Shown piece after piece: positions 39,840-50,076 of a DNA stretch of 64,000 nt. The translations under genes were made by a program, and so were the position numbers. Location: positions 1-64,000 of the forward strand of contig JALUCS010000118.1 of assembly GCA_027050205.1 (NCBI GenBank), given 5' to 3'. Below the pieces are notes generated by a model that was given only the letters and a program-made list of their open reading frames with translations, was not told where the DNA came from and did no database searches. Source of the DNA: a candidate division WOR-3 bacterium (GTDB taxonomy: Bacteria > Hydrothermota > Hydrothermia > LBFQ01). Position 1 is the first letter of the stretch. Every line of letters begins with the position of its first letter.

Positions 39840-41471
39840 TTAGCGGATGACGATGCTCCTTAAACCGCTCTGGGTCTTCACGAAGTAGGAGCCTCTCCTT
39901 AGAGGTACGAACTCGTAGTCGGAGGACTGGCCACTCCCAACGAGACGGCCGGCGGGGTCGTATATGCGGTAGGTACCTTTGACCTTCAGGCCACCCTTGA
40001 CCACAACCACGTTATTCTCGGCTACGGACGGGGCCTCCTCTATGCCGGTGGCCGGCGTGAAGAAGTGGTAGTCGTAGCGCACATCAAAGTCGTTCGTATT
40101 ATTCCACCTTCTGGACCACGCCACGTGGAGGAACTGCTCGCTTATAAGGGTATCCTCGGAGCTGGTGATGACGGGGTGCCAGGTCGTAAGGACGCCGTAC
40201 TTAAAGGAGGGGTCGTTGATGCTGTCCTTGTAGATATAGTAACCACCGGACAGCGGCAGAGCAGCGACTATTACCCTCATCGTATCCGTTATGGAATCAA
40301 CCGGTGTATCCTTGTCTCCGTAAAGGTAGGATACCCACACGGTATCGGCAGCGAAGGCCATGGTGGGCCATAGCTCGTCATCCAATGTGGTACCGCAACT
40401 ATGCCAGTTGAAGGAAGAACCGCCGTCCGTACTGTACTGTATGTAGCAGTCGTAGTCCGTTGAGGAGTAAGGATAGGTATAGACCACACCGACGTAGGGG
40501 CCTCCCCTCCTACCCTTTACGTGGGGGAATAAACCTTTACCGAAGCTGGCGGACCTCGCCGTCCAGGAGCTACCGAAGGAGGAGGTGGCCAGGAGTACGG
40601 TGTCCCCGTTGGTCATATAGGCGAGGAAGAGCTTCGCACCGCTGGAGTAGAAGTGATCTATGCTCATCCTGTTGGCGGTACCCGTATCTCCTATGGCATA
40701 GGCTATGCCGCCGTAAGAGGTGTACGTGGTAGTGTCGGGATTGTCTATCCGTACGAACATAACGGAGTCCTTGTTGGCGTTCCAGTAGGCGTAGTAGACC
40801 CAAACGGCGCTGCTGTACGTCTCGTAGTCCGTCGTCACCGTGGGGAAGTCCTCAAAGTCTCCGGCGAGGGAAAGGTAATACATATACTTCGTAGCATCGG
40901 ATCGCCTTACCTTGAGGAGACGGGGGTCGTGATCCGTTGAGGAAAAAACCTTGGAGAAGGCTACATAGACGTAGTTCCCATCTATAGCCATATCGGGATT
41001 GCGGAGGTCCCCGGAGTAGGAGTAGGACGTCCAGCGGCTCCAGGAGATGCTGCGGCTACTGTAGTTTACGACACCCCTGTACAGGACTATGCTGTCCCGG
41101 AGGGTGATGGCAGCGTAGAGGGTGTCGCTCCTCGGATCCTTCACAACGTCAAAGTACTTCTCGTCCAACCCGGACGTCCTCGCGAGTATACCGTCCAAGG
41201 ACTCCCAGAGGGGCTTAACGGAACTCGGCGGAGAGAAAGGCTTACGGCGGTTCTCGTAGACCTCGTCCTTCAGCCTGCCCATCTCCTGGACGAGGCGGTC
41301 GTCTATGACCGTACCACCGTAGTGCGCCCTTAGGAGCCTGGCCGCCTCCGCGCCCTTGCCCTCCCTCTTGAGGGCGTCCGCCTGAATATCTACGGCGGTT
41401 ATCCGATGCAGGTTAGCCCGTATGGTGCGCGCCTCTACGGGCTTATCCACCATTGCTATGATCCACATCAT
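39840..41471 (-). CDS. Secreted beta-rich (BNR-like) protein with a T9SS-type C-terminal sorting domain
   Basis: YSTDGGSSF Asp-box; C-terminus GIEE...IYDPAGRLV...GSYFV...IVIR; AGGAGG Shine-Dalgarno. Confidence 0.8.
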   Translation of the reverse strand: MMWIIAMVDKPVEARTIRANLHRITAVDIQADALKREGKGAEAARLLRAHYGGTVIDDRLVQEMGRLKDEVYENRRKPFSPPSSVKPLWESLDGILARTSGLDEKYFDVVKDPRSDTLYAAITLRDSIVLYRGVVNYSSRSISWSRWTSYSYSGDLRNPDMAIDGNYVYVAFSKVFSSTDHDPRLLKVRRSDATKYMYYLSLAGDFEDFPTVTTDYETYSSAVWVYYAYWNANKDSVMFVRIDNPDTTTYTSYGGIAYAIGDTGTANRMSIDHFYSSGAKLFLAYMTNGDTVLLATSSFGSSWTARSASFGKGLFPHVKGRRGGPYVGVVYTYPYSSTDYDCYIQYSTDGGSSFNWHSCGTTLDDELWPTMAFAADTVWVSYLYGDKDTPVDSITDTMRVIVAALPLSGGYYIYKDSINDPSFKYGVLTTWHPVITSSEDTLISEQFLHVAWSRRWNNTNDFDVRYDYHFFTPATGIEEAPSVAENNVVVVKGGLKVKGTYRIYDPAGRLVGSGQSSDYEFVPLRRGSYFVKTQSGLRSIVIR

Positions 41472-41589
41472 AACTCTTACCTCCTGGTTTGCTGGTTAAG
41501 GGGTATATTATACGGGAAGTGCGAGACGATTTAGGGGAGTCTTGCAAGGCTGCCCATTTTCTCCCTCATCGCCAGTATAATAGCCGCTT

Positions 41590-41775
41590 ATGGCGACCAA
41601 GGCGCAGATGGAGAAGATGAAGAGGAAGCCCAAGTACAGGGTGAGGTACCGCAACAGGTGCAAGATATGCGGGAGGGACCACGGCTACATAAGGCAGTTC
41701 GGGATATGCCGTATCTGCTTCCGCGAGATGGCCCTATTCGGAAAGCTACCGGGTGTAGTTAAAGCTTCCTGGTAA
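41590..41775 (+). CDS. rpsN: 30S ribosomal protein S14 (zinc-binding type Z)
   Basis: RCKICGR...CRICFRE...GVVKASW. Confidence 0.97.
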   Translation: MATKAQMEKMKRKPKYRVRYRNRCKICGRDHGYIRQFGICRICFREMALFGKLPGVVKASW

Positions 41776-41798
41776 TCGCACACAAGGAGGTAAAGGGT

Positions 41799-42194
41799 AT
41801 GCTTACGGATCCTATCGCCGACATGCTAACCCGGATAAGGAACGCCATAACGGCCGGGAAGAAGGAGACCATCGTAGAGCCGGTCTCCAAGTTCAAGATG
41901 GCCATCCTTGACGTCCTCAAGCGCGAGGGCTACATAGACGGGTACAAGGTTGAGGGGGAGGGCGTCAAGAAGAGGTTGAAGGTCTACATCCGCTACCACA
42001 AAGGGCAGCCCGTTATAAGGCACATAGAGAGGGTCTCCAAGCCCGGCCGTCGGGTGTATGTCGGAGTTGAGGAGATACCCAAGGTGTATAACGGCCTTGG
42101 GATAGCCATACTTTCCACGTCCAAAGGTGTCCTCTCCGACCGCGAGGCCAAGCGCCTAAGGGTAGGCGGAGAGCTGATAGCGAAGGTCTTCTAA
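41799..42194 (+). CDS. rpsH: 30S ribosomal protein S8
   Basis: DPIADMLTRIRNA, SKPGRRVY, STSKG. Confidence 0.98.
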   Translation: MLTDPIADMLTRIRNAITAGKKETIVEPVSKFKMAILDVLKREGYIDGYKVEGEGVKKRLKVYIRYHKGQPVIRHIERVSKPGRRVYVGVEEIPKVYNGLGIAILSTSKGVLSDREAKRLRVGGELIAKVF

Positions 42195-42204
42195 GGGGGG
42201 AAAT

Positions 42205-42813
42205 ATGTCAAGGCTCATAAAGAAACCCATAGTCTTACCTTCTGGAGTTCAGCTGGAGGTCAAGGAGGGAGAGGGGAAGTTCAAGGGCGAGATGGTGAGG
42301 GGGAAGATCTTCCACTTCAAGGGACCGAAGGGGGAGATGGAGGTCTTCGTTCCCCCGATGGTTGAGGTTGAGGTAAAGGACAAGGAGATATGGGTGAAAC
42401 CTATAGACCCCAAGAGCGTCCCCAAGCCCGACCGTAAGTTGGCCAAGGCCTTACCGGGTACCATCTACCGCCACCTATCCAACGCCATCAAAGGGGTGAC
42501 CGAAGGGTACCGCAAGGAGCTGAAGGTCGTAGGCACCGGATACCGTGTCAGGTTGGAGGGGGACAGGTTCGTCTTTACGGTGGGGTACTCCCATCCGGTG
42601 TACTACAAGGTCCCGGAGGAGTACCGGAAGTACGTCAAGGCCGAGGTCAAGGGCGTGGATACGGTTATCGTAAGTGGCACCAGCAAGGAGCTTGTCGGCC
42701 TCGTCGCCGCCCAGATACGGTCCATAAAGGAGCCGAACATCTACACCGGTAAGGGGATCCGCTACGCCGACGAGGTGATAGTCCTCAAGCCCACGAAGAA
42801 GACCAAGGTATAA
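42205..42813 (+). CDS. rplF: 50S ribosomal protein L6
   Basis: [23 protein letters not shown]. Confidence 0.96.
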   Translation: MSRLIKKPIVLPSGVQLEVKEGEGKFKGEMVRGKIFHFKGPKGEMEVFVPPMVEVEVKDKEIWVKPIDPKSVPKPDRKLAKALPGTIYRHLSNAIKGVTEGYRKELKVVGTGYRVRLEGDRFVFTVGYSHPVYYKVPEEYRKYVKAEVKGVDTVIVSGTSKELVGLVAAQIRSIKEPNIYTGKGIRYADEVIVLKPTKKTKV

Positions 42814-42824
42814 GGGGGTTTGCT

Positions 42825-43220
42825 ATGAGGTACGTATCTGAAAGGAGAAAGACCGAGTACCGCCTCAAGAGGCGGAAGAGGAGGCACCTTAGGGTGCGAA
42901 AGAAGGTGGAGGGGACGCCGGAGAGACCCCGCCTCGTAGTGTTCAGGTCCAACAAGCACATATACGCCCAGATAGTCCTGGACCCGCCCTTCAAGTCTTC
43001 CATAGTCATAACGGGTGCCTCCACCCTATCTCCGGAGATAAGGGAGAAGATAAAGGGTATGAAGAAGACGGAGCAGGCTCGCGAGGTGGGTAAGCTCATA
43101 GCCCAGCGGGCCAAAGAGAAGGGCATAACCAAGGTGGTGTTTGACAGGGCCGGGTACAAGTATCACGGCCGCGTTAAGGCTCTGGCCGAGGGCGCCAGAG
43201 AGGGCGGACTCATCTTTTAA
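42825..43220 (+). CDS. rplR: 50S ribosomal protein L18
   Basis: [27 protein letters not shown]. Confidence 0.97.
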   Translation: MRYVSERRKTEYRLKRRKRRHLRVRKKVEGTPERPRLVVFRSNKHIYAQIVLDPPFKSSIVITGASTLSPEIREKIKGMKKTEQAREVGKLIAQRAKEKGITKVVFDRAGYKYHGRVKALAEGAREGGLIF

Positions 43221-43233
43221 AAGGAGGTGAAGG

Positions 43234-43764
43234 ATGGAAGAGCAACTGATTGAAACTACGGTGATCATAAGGCGCACGTCCAAGATGACCTCCGGAGGGC
43301 GTAAGTTTCACATAGACGCCTGGGTGGTCGTAGGGGACGGAAACGGGCGAGTGGGCGTGGGCCACGGTAAGGCCCAGGAGACCCCCGACGCCATTCAGAA
43401 GGCCATCCGTAGGGCCAAGAAGAATATGATAAGGGCCATCGTCTGGAGGGGGACCGTACCCCACGACATACAGGTCAAGTTCAAGGCCACGAAGCTCCTG
43501 ATAAAGCCCGCCTCCCCCGGTACGGGTATCATAGCCTCCCGGCCGGTGCGAGCCATCTTGGAGGCCGCCGGCTACCGGAACGTACTCACCAAGCTCATCG
43601 GCTCCACCAACCCCATAAACGCCCTCTACGCCACCATAAAGGCCCTATCTATGATGCGGAGTCCCGACGAGGTTCTAAGCGCCAGGGGGAAGAAGAAGAG
43701 GGTAAGGCCTACGGCGAAGGAGGAGGTGAAGGATGAGAAAGCTCCGGATAACGTTGAAGCGTAG
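43234..43764 (+). CDS. rpsE: 30S ribosomal protein S5
   Basis: GGR.F, VVGDGNG.VG.G.GKA, PASPGTG. Confidence 0.97.
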   Translation: MEEQLIETTVIIRRTSKMTSGGRKFHIDAWVVVGDGNGRVGVGHGKAQETPDAIQKAIRRAKKNMIRAIVWRGTVPHDIQVKFKATKLLIKPASPGTGIIASRPVRAILEAAGYRNVLTKLIGSTNPINALYATIKALSMMRSPDEVLSARGKKKRVRPTAKEEVKDEKAPDNVEA

Positions 43765-43918
43765 CCTCATAGACAAGAGCAAGAAGACGAAGAGGATCAT
43801 CCGCTCCCTCGGCTTGAGGAGGATAGGTCAGACGGTGATCCATAAGGACGTCCCCGCCATCCGCGGGCAGGTTGAGAAGGTAAGGCGGTACATAGAGGTT
43901 GAGGAGATAGAGGATTGA
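43733..43918 (+). CDS. rpmD: 50S ribosomal protein L30
   Basis: LRITLKRS.I...LGLRRI...PAIRG. Confidence 0.95.
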   Translation: MRKLRITLKRSLIDKSKKTKRIIRSLGLRRIGQTVIHKDVPAIRGQVEKVRRYIEVEEIED

Positions 43919-44958
43919 GGGGATTCCTCCGGAACTTGGTGACCTTCTTCAAGCCGGAGATAGCCGTAGATCTGGGAACCTCCACTACCCTGATATACCT
44001 CAAGGGTGAAGGGATAGTCCTACGGGAGGCCTCCGTCATCGCTCTGGACGCCAACACCAAGGAGGTGGTGGCCGTAGGCGACGCCGCCAAGCGTATGCTC
44101 GGCAAGACCCACGAGGGCCTCATAGCCAAACGTCCGATAAAGGACGGAGTCATACACAACCTTGAGTACGTCCAGATGATGCTCGCCGAGTTCCGCAAGA
44201 GGGTGATAAAGAACTTCATAGCCAACCCGACTATGCTGATGGCCATCCCCTCCGGGGCCAACGACGTTGAGCGTAAGGCCACCATAGACGCCGCCAAGAG
44301 CGTAGGGGCCAACCAGGTCTATCTGATAGAGGAACCGGTCGCCTCCGCCGTCGGTATAGGCCTGAACGTCTTTGAGCCGCAGGGCCATATGATAGTGGAT
44401 ATAGGAGGTGGAACCTCCGAGATCGCCATCATCTCCCTCGCCGGTGTGGTGGCCAAACAGCCCATAAGGGTAGCCGGGGACGAGATGAACGAGGCTATAG
44501 CGGACTACATCCGCCGGGTCTACAACATAGCCATAGACGAGAACATAGCCGAGGAGATAAAGATAAAGATTGGGGACGTCTATGGCGATCGGAACGATGA
44601 GATGGTGATAAGGGGGTGGGAGGTCTTCTCCCGGAAGCCCACGGAGATAGTGGTGAAGTCGTCTGACGTAAAGGAGGCCCTCAAGGGGGTGATAGACTCC
44701 CTCGCCCAGGCTATCAGGAAGGTCCTGGATATGGCGGAGCCATCCGTCGTTAGGGACGTCCTTGAGGAGGGGATATACCTGACGGGGGGAGGTTCCACCA
44801 TAGAGGGGTTGGACAGGCGTCTGGAGGAGGAGACGGGAGTGAAGTTCATAAGGGCGGAGAACCCGTACGAGAGCGTAGCCAGGGGGGCGGGTATAGTCCT
44901 TGAGAACATAGACAGGAACCCGGAGTACAAGAAGCTGTTGGTGGCGGCCAGTAGGTGA
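43915..44958 (+). CDS. mreB: Rod shape-determining protein MreB
   Basis: DLGT, RPIKDGVI, IEEP, VDIGGGTSE, LTGGG. Confidence 0.95.
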   Translation: MRGFLRNLVTFFKPEIAVDLGTSTTLIYLKGEGIVLREASVIALDANTKEVVAVGDAAKRMLGKTHEGLIAKRPIKDGVIHNLEYVQMMLAEFRKRVIKNFIANPTMLMAIPSGANDVERKATIDAAKSVGANQVYLIEEPVASAVGIGLNVFEPQGHMIVDIGGGTSEIAIISLAGVVAKQPIRVAGDEMNEAIADYIRRVYNIAIDENIAEEIKIKIGDVYGDRNDEMVIRGWEVFSRKPTEIVVKSSDVKEALKGVIDSLAQAIRKVLDMAEPSVVRDVLEEGIYLTGGGSTIEGLDRRLEEETGVKFIRAENPYESVARGAGIVLENIDRNPEYKKLLVAASR

Positions 44959-44959
44959 T

Positions 44960-45655
44960 ATGTTCCCCCCCCGGTTGAAGATGGACCTCAACAGGTGGGA
45001 GGTCCTGGCGCTTTTTGTCTCCCTTTCATTCCTCTTTCCCTTCGTCAAGGAGGGGGCCTTCTGGCTTGGACTCCCTAACCTCCTCTCCCCCTTCTTCGGT
45101 GTGAGGGCCTGGATATACACACTAACGGAGCTCCGTCTTCAGAGGGACGAACTCCTTAGGAGTAGATCGGAGGTCGTGGTGGTGAACCCCGTAGATACGG
45201 CTTCCAGTTTCCCTGTACGGTACAAGGGCCGGTGCCACCTCTTGGAAGCCTCATCACCCTATTACCCGGAGAGGGTCACCGTCAGGTGCGACACCCTCCC
45301 CGCCCCTGGGGACCTCCTCTGGGCGGTCGGCTTGGTGGGTAGGGTGATGACGACGATAGGGAGGACCGGGGAGGCCCTGACCCTGCACTCCGGAGAGTTC
45401 TACATAAGGGTGTTTGACCTAAGGTCCGGGGTGTGGGGGACGTTGAAAGGGGGTAGAATACCCGCAGTAAGGTTCCTGCCGGAGGCGGCGGACGTCAAGG
45501 TGGGCGATACCTTAGTGGCCTACGATCACCCAGGTGTGGTCGTGGGGGTGGTGGAGAGGATAGTACCGGAACCGCCCTTCGTTCGCCTGAACGTTAGACC
45601 CGTATGGAGGTACTACGTATGGACAGAGTTCGCCCTGTTGAAACCGCTCTACTGA
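44960..45655 (+). CDS. mreC: Rod shape-determining protein MreC (divergent)
   Basis: Follows mreB; N-terminal TM; GLVGRV, DVKVGD.LV, PG..VG.V. Confidence 0.75.
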   Translation: MFPPRLKMDLNRWEVLALFVSLSFLFPFVKEGAFWLGLPNLLSPFFGVRAWIYTLTELRLQRDELLRSRSEVVVVNPVDTASSFPVRYKGRCHLLEASSPYYPERVTVRCDTLPAPGDLLWAVGLVGRVMTTIGRTGEALTLHSGEFYIRVFDLRSGVWGTLKGGRIPAVRFLPEAADVKVGDTLVAYDHPGVVVGVVERIVPEPPFVRLNVRPVWRYYVWTEFALLKPLY

Positions 45656-46836
45656 TAGGGCTTCTCCTCATCGTCCTGAACGTCCTGAACCCGTTCGTGG
45701 AGTTGGGAAGACTCATCGTTCATATCTCACCGGTGGACGTGGTCTTCGCCCTCGTCGGCGCCTCCGCCCTCGTCTTCCGTAGGAGGGAGACCCTGACCCT
45801 GATAAGACGGAACTCTACGTACTATCTCCTCTCCGGTCTCTTCATCACCTCCGTACTGCTGTCGGCCCTCCTATCCCCTCACAGGGCCGTACCCCTTAGG
45901 GAGAGCATCCAGATGATAGCCTACCTGTGGATCTTGCCCCTCATCTTGGCCTACGAGCCGAACGTACCTTGGGTGTATAGGACGGGGGCGAAGGCTTTAA
46001 CCGTAGTGGGGGCTTTTCTCCTGGTTCCCTACTTCTACTTCTTCGGTTGGGTCCGGTTCAATCCCTTCAACATCCACGCCAACATAACCGGCTTCCTGTT
46101 CGCCCTGTTCTCCCTGATCCTAACCCATTACGGGGAAACGGGGATGGCCGTCCTATCAACCGTAGTGGCCTCCTTTACCTTCTCCAGGGCGGCTCTGGGG
46201 TCCCTGTTCTCCACCCTCCTGATGAAGGGGTTCTTGGAGCGTAAAAGGTGGCTGCCCCACCTATCCCTCGCCGCCCTTTCCGTTGCCCTTCTGTTCGCCT
46301 CTCCCTACGCCTTGAGGGGTTTCATAAAGGTCAGGGATCACATCAAGAGTAAGCTCGTGAGGGTTGAGGGAGGGATAGGCTACAAACCACCGATAGACGT
46401 CTTGAGGGGGAAGGGGTACGAGATGATAAGGGTATTGATGTGGGAGTCCTCCTTGGAAATGTGGGAGGAGAAACCGCTAACGGGTATAGGGTTGGGAAGG
46501 TTCCGGGAGGAGTGGGAGTCGGAGTGCAGGGAGGGAAAACTACCCGATAGGTTGTGCGTCAAGTGGGTGGGGAACGTAGACCCTCACAACGTGTTCCTCC
46601 ACGTCCTTAGCGAGACCGGTATAGTGGGCCTTACGACCTTCCTCCTCCTTTTCGCCTTTGTGGCCCTTAGGGTAGCAGGGAACAGCCTCGCCCTATCCGT
46701 CCTCGTTATGACCTTCCTCTTCGCCCTCCTCCAACCCTTCCCCCTCTTCATACGCAACCTCGCCCCGATCGTATGGCTCCTACTCTTCTACGGTGGTGTG
46801 ATAAGATGGAGGAATCCCGGAGGACCCGACGCCTAA
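45619..46836 (+). CDS. O-antigen ligase (Wzy_C) family membrane protein
   Basis: TFSRAA, PLTGIGLG.F, PHNVFLHVLSETGIVG. Confidence 0.88.
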   Translation: MDRVRPVETALLIGLLLIVLNVLNPFVELGRLIVHISPVDVVFALVGASALVFRRRETLTLIRRNSTYYLLSGLFITSVLLSALLSPHRAVPLRESIQMIAYLWILPLILAYEPNVPWVYRTGAKALTVVGAFLLVPYFYFFGWVRFNPFNIHANITGFLFALFSLILTHYGETGMAVLSTVVASFTFSRAALGSLFSTLLMKGFLERKRWLPHLSLAALSVALLFASPYALRGFIKVRDHIKSKLVRVEGGIGYKPPIDVLRGKGYEMIRVLMWESSLEMWEEKPLTGIGLGRFREEWESECREGKLPDRLCVKWVGNVDPHNVFLHVLSETGIVGLTTFLLLFAFVALRVAGNSLALSVLVMTFLFALLQPFPLFIRNLAPIVWLLLFYGGVIRWRNPGGPDA

Positions 46837-48191
46837 CCTTCCTCGTCTTGTCCCTGCTGATTCTTCTTATGTCGCCCTATCTGTTCTCTTTCGGAATGTT
46901 CTTTGACGGCCTAACCTACGCCGCCGTCTCCCGCAACCTCGCCATCGGCTTCGGCACCCTCTGGAAGCCCGCCTACAGCCTGACCATCGGGAGGGAGTTC
47001 TACGGCCACCCCCCTCTGGGCTTCTGGCTCCAGTCCGTCGCCTACCGCCTCTTTGGGGATCACCTGTGGGTGGATAAGGCATTTACCTACGCCGTAGCCT
47101 CCTTGAACCTCCTCCTCTTCTACCTCCTCTACCGTTCCATCCGCAGGTACGGGGACCCCGGCTTCTGGGCGCCCCTTCTCCTCCTCGTCTCCTTCCACTC
47201 CTACCGTTGGGTCATTAGGAACGGCCTCCTGGAGAACACTATGACCTCCTTCGTCCTACTCGCCCTGATCCTCTACACCCTCTCTCTCCGCCGCCCGTAC
47301 TACGGTATCCCTGCGGGCCTATCCGTCCTCGCCGCTTTCCTCGTCAAGGGTCCGGTTGGGACCTTCCCCTTGGTCTCCCCCCTCCTCTTACCGTCTCCGT
47401 CCCCTAAGAAGAGGCTGGCCCCCTTCCTCTTGAGCGTAGTTGCCTTCTCCCTATCTTTCGCCCTCTTGATGCTCCTTCCGGAGGTGCGGCACTTCTTCTC
47501 GGAGTACCTCCACCACCAGATTTTCAGAAGCGTAACCGGGGGGGAGAACCCCGCCCCCTCCCGCCTCTACATCCTCTACGCCATCGCTACGGAGATGGCC
47601 TTCCCCTCCCTCTTCCTCATCCCCCTATCCTTTCTCCTCCACCTGAAACGGGAGGTGTGGGTGGAGTGGGACGGACGTACCCTCGGCCTCCTCCTCCTCG
47701 CCCTCTCCGGCAGCCTCCCCATAATGTTGAGCCTCAAACAGGCCCGTTTCTACCTCCATCCCTCCCTGTTCATCTACGCCCTCTTCCTGACCTCCCTCTT
47801 CCGTCCCGCCCTTAGGAGGTTGGAGTCTTGGCGACCGGTGGATAGGTTGGCCCTACCTACGGGCATCATATTCCTGCTTGCGGCCCTACCCGTGGCCCTT
47901 AGGTTCGCGGGGACTGGGAAGGGGGGCTACGAGCCTTTCTACAGGGACTTCGTTGAGAACCCCCTACACCTCAACCTAAAGCACCACGAGTACCTCTCCG
48001 TATGCCCAAGGGGACTGTACGGGAACTGGAGTATGTTTGCCGGTATGGAGAGGGCGTTTATGTTGAGTATGACCCGGCGGGACGGTTCTCCCTTCCTGTT
48101 GGTGAGCCGAGGGGAGTGCCGGAGTATCCCCGACGGCTACCTCCCCATCCACGAGGGGAAGCAGTTCGTCCTGTACCGGAGGGTCAGGTAG
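46806..48191 (+). CDS. ArnT/PMT-like (GT-C) glycosyltransferase
   Basis: DGLTYA, HPPLGFW, KGPVG and many TM helices. Confidence 0.85.
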   Translation: MEESRRTRRLTFLVLSLLILLMSPYLFSFGMFFDGLTYAAVSRNLAIGFGTLWKPAYSLTIGREFYGHPPLGFWLQSVAYRLFGDHLWVDKAFTYAVASLNLLLFYLLYRSIRRYGDPGFWAPLLLLVSFHSYRWVIRNGLLENTMTSFVLLALILYTLSLRRPYYGIPAGLSVLAAFLVKGPVGTFPLVSPLLLPSPSPKKRLAPFLLSVVAFSLSFALLMLLPEVRHFFSEYLHHQIFRSVTGGENPAPSRLYILYAIATEMAFPSLFLIPLSFLLHLKREVWVEWDGRTLGLLLLALSGSLPIMLSLKQARFYLHPSLFIYALFLTSLFRPALRRLESWRPVDRLALPTGIIFLLAALPVALRFAGTGKGGYEPFYRDFVENPLHLNLKHHEYLSVCPRGLYGNWSMFAGMERAFMLSMTRRDGSPFLLVSRGECRSIPDGYLPIHEGKQFVLYRRVR

Positions 48192-48192
48192 G

Positions 48193-49446
48193 TCACCGCT
48201 CAAGGACGGAGTACCTCAAGAGGAGCCTACCGTCAGCCCATACGGTTACGCTCCGGCCGATGGCCTTGAACTTCCCCTTGAAGACGTCCCCCTTCTCCCT
48301 ACGTATGGGGAACCTCCTCCCCCCACTGACAGCCCAGACCTTTTTGGCTCCCGGAACCTTCAGTTGCAACGTCGCCGTATCCCCCTTTAGGAAGTATCCG
48401 TTTATGGGGCCGTAGAGGTAGGCTCCCATCCTGTAGAAGCGGTCGTACACCTTCACGAACCCCTCGCCGTACGGGTAATCCATATCCTGAATCCAGTAGG
48501 AGGTGCGGCTGCTGAAGTACTTGGTGAAGGCCAAATCCTCCCTCTTCGTCTTGAGGTCCTTCATCCAAACCTCAACTACGTATAGGCCGGTGTCCGGCCA
48601 TAGGATGTGTATCCGGTAGGTTAGGGTGTCGGAGGGTAGGGTATCCACCCAGAGGTAGTGGAGGGGTTGGCGGAGGCGTTTGCCAAGGGGTTTGACGTAG
48701 AAGACGTAGCCCTTAGGCCCACGCATCTCTAAGTCGTACCGGCCGAAGAAGTTGGGGCTTAGGACGGAGCTGTCCGGACCGAGGAAGACGAACCCCTTCT
48801 TTATGAACCTCTCCGAGGGGCAGGGCATGGCCAGAAACTGCTCCTTGGTTATCTCCCTTCCCTTCCATATCCTGTAGGCCTTCAAGTTCGGTATCAGGTC
48901 GTCCATCCTACTCCATCTTATCTTCTCGGCGTAATGGGTGTATATGAGGGCCTTCGGGGAGACGTCGTAGTAGAAGAGGTCAAAGTGGGGGTAGAATCGC
49001 CTGCTATCCTTGGATACGTACCCCGAACCCCACGTGGGATCGGCCAGTACCCACCTCCCCTTGGCCTCGGAGTAGAAGACCACCCAGGCGTGGCCGCCCG
49101 CGTTAATTGGGTGCTTCAGGTCGGAGTAGTTCTTCGCCGTACCGACGATTACGTAGGCCACTATCCCCATCTTACGGAGGAGATGGACCATAAGGTTGGC
49201 GTACCCTTCACATACGGTCTTACGCTTCTTCAGAACGCCTTCCGGGTCCGTGGTGGCAAAGTAGGATGTGTCCCACAGGGCGCGGGTGTCGTACCTTATG
49301 TTCCTCGCCACCCAGGTGTAGGTGGCCAGAGCCTTCTCGTAGTCGCTTTTACCGCACCTGTTTAACCTCTTGACCAGAAACGGGACTTTACGGCTGTAGG
49401 GTATCCGGGCGGCACACCTAACCGGAGATAGGGCGATGAGGAGCAT
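48193..49446 (-). CDS. Transglutaminase-like (CYK3/kyphoscoliosis peptidase-type) protein
   Basis: WV..NI.YD, VCEGYA, HAW, DPTWG catalytic triad. Confidence 0.88.
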   Translation of the reverse strand: MLLIALSPVRCAARIPYSRKVPFLVKRLNRCGKSDYEKALATYTWVARNIRYDTRALWDTSYFATTDPEGVLKKRKTVCEGYANLMVHLLRKMGIVAYVIVGTAKNYSDLKHPINAGGHAWVVFYSEAKGRWVLADPTWGSGYVSKDSRRFYPHFDLFYYDVSPKALIYTHYAEKIRWSRMDDLIPNLKAYRIWKGREITKEQFLAMPCPSERFIKKGFVFLGPDSSVLSPNFFGRYDLEMRGPKGYVFYVKPLGKRLRQPLHYLWVDTLPSDTLTYRIHILWPDTGLYVVEVWMKDLKTKREDLAFTKYFSSRTSYWIQDMDYPYGEGFVKVYDRFYRMGAYLYGPINGYFLKGDTATLQLKVPGAKKVWAVSGGRRFPIRREKGDVFKGKFKAIGRSVTVWADGRLLLRYSVLER

Positions 49447-49456
49447 CACCTGTATT

Positions 49457-49798
49457 TTAAGCCCGATCGGGGGCCTCCCTCACCGCCTCCCAATCCACCG
49501 GTGGCTCCCCCCTCAAGTCTGCCAGTTTACCCTTGCCTATGAGGATCCAGATGCCGACGGGGAACCTATCCCTGTTCAGGCGGTACAGCTCCCGGAGTTT
49601 CCGCTTTATCCTGTTCCTCCGGACGGCCCTCCTGACCTTCCGCTCAACGGCGAAGAGGACTTTCCTCTGTCCATAGGGGGCGTACCTGATGACGAGGTAA
49701 TCGGAGGAGAGTACCGTCCTTGAGTTGCGGAAGGCGTACCTTATCTCCCTCCTGTGGCGGAGGATCTCCCCCTTGTTGAGGCCGTACCTCTTAGCCAT
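49457..49798 (-). CDS. rnpA: Ribonuclease P protein component
   Basis: RNR motif KVRRAVRRNRIKRKLRELYR. Confidence 0.9.
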   Translation of the reverse strand: MAKRYGLNKGEILRHRREIRYAFRNSRTVLSSDYLVIRYAPYGQRKVLFAVERKVRRAVRRNRIKRKLRELYRLNRDRFPVGIWILIGKGKLADLRGEPPVDWEAVREAPDRA

Positions 49799-50066
49799 CG
49801 CTTAGACCGAAGGCCTTCAGGAGGAGCCTCCTACGGTTCTCCCTGTTCTCCGGCAGATCCGCAGCCTCCAAGGTGCGACGTACCACCTCCCCTATCCTCC
49901 CCTCCTCAACGCCGAGTAAGGCTTCCTTTAGACTTTCGGCCAGCCCCCTTAGGGTTTTGCACCTCGCGGCCGTGTACTCAACGTCCCTCACCCTGCCATC
50001 CTCCACCGTGAGGACGAACTTAACCCTCAACCAGCCGTCCTTAGCCTGAAATACCCTCCTTTCCAT
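49791..50066 (-). CDS. Small NifU/IscU N-terminal-like protein
   Basis: L.VEDG.V.DV.Y.A..C pattern with only one Cys. Confidence 0.5.
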   Translation of the reverse strand: MERRVFQAKDGWLRVKFVLTVEDGRVRDVEYTAARCKTLRGLAESLKEALLGVEEGRIGEVVRRTLEAADLPENRENRRRLLLKAFGLSDG

Positions 50067-50076
50067 ACCCTTAAGT

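Noticed and set aside
15794..45120. Long antisense ORFs (15794-16909, 17666-19018, 34488-35273, 38431-39360, 44020-45120)
   Set aside because: They lie opposite well-supported genes and are expected shadows of strong codon bias.
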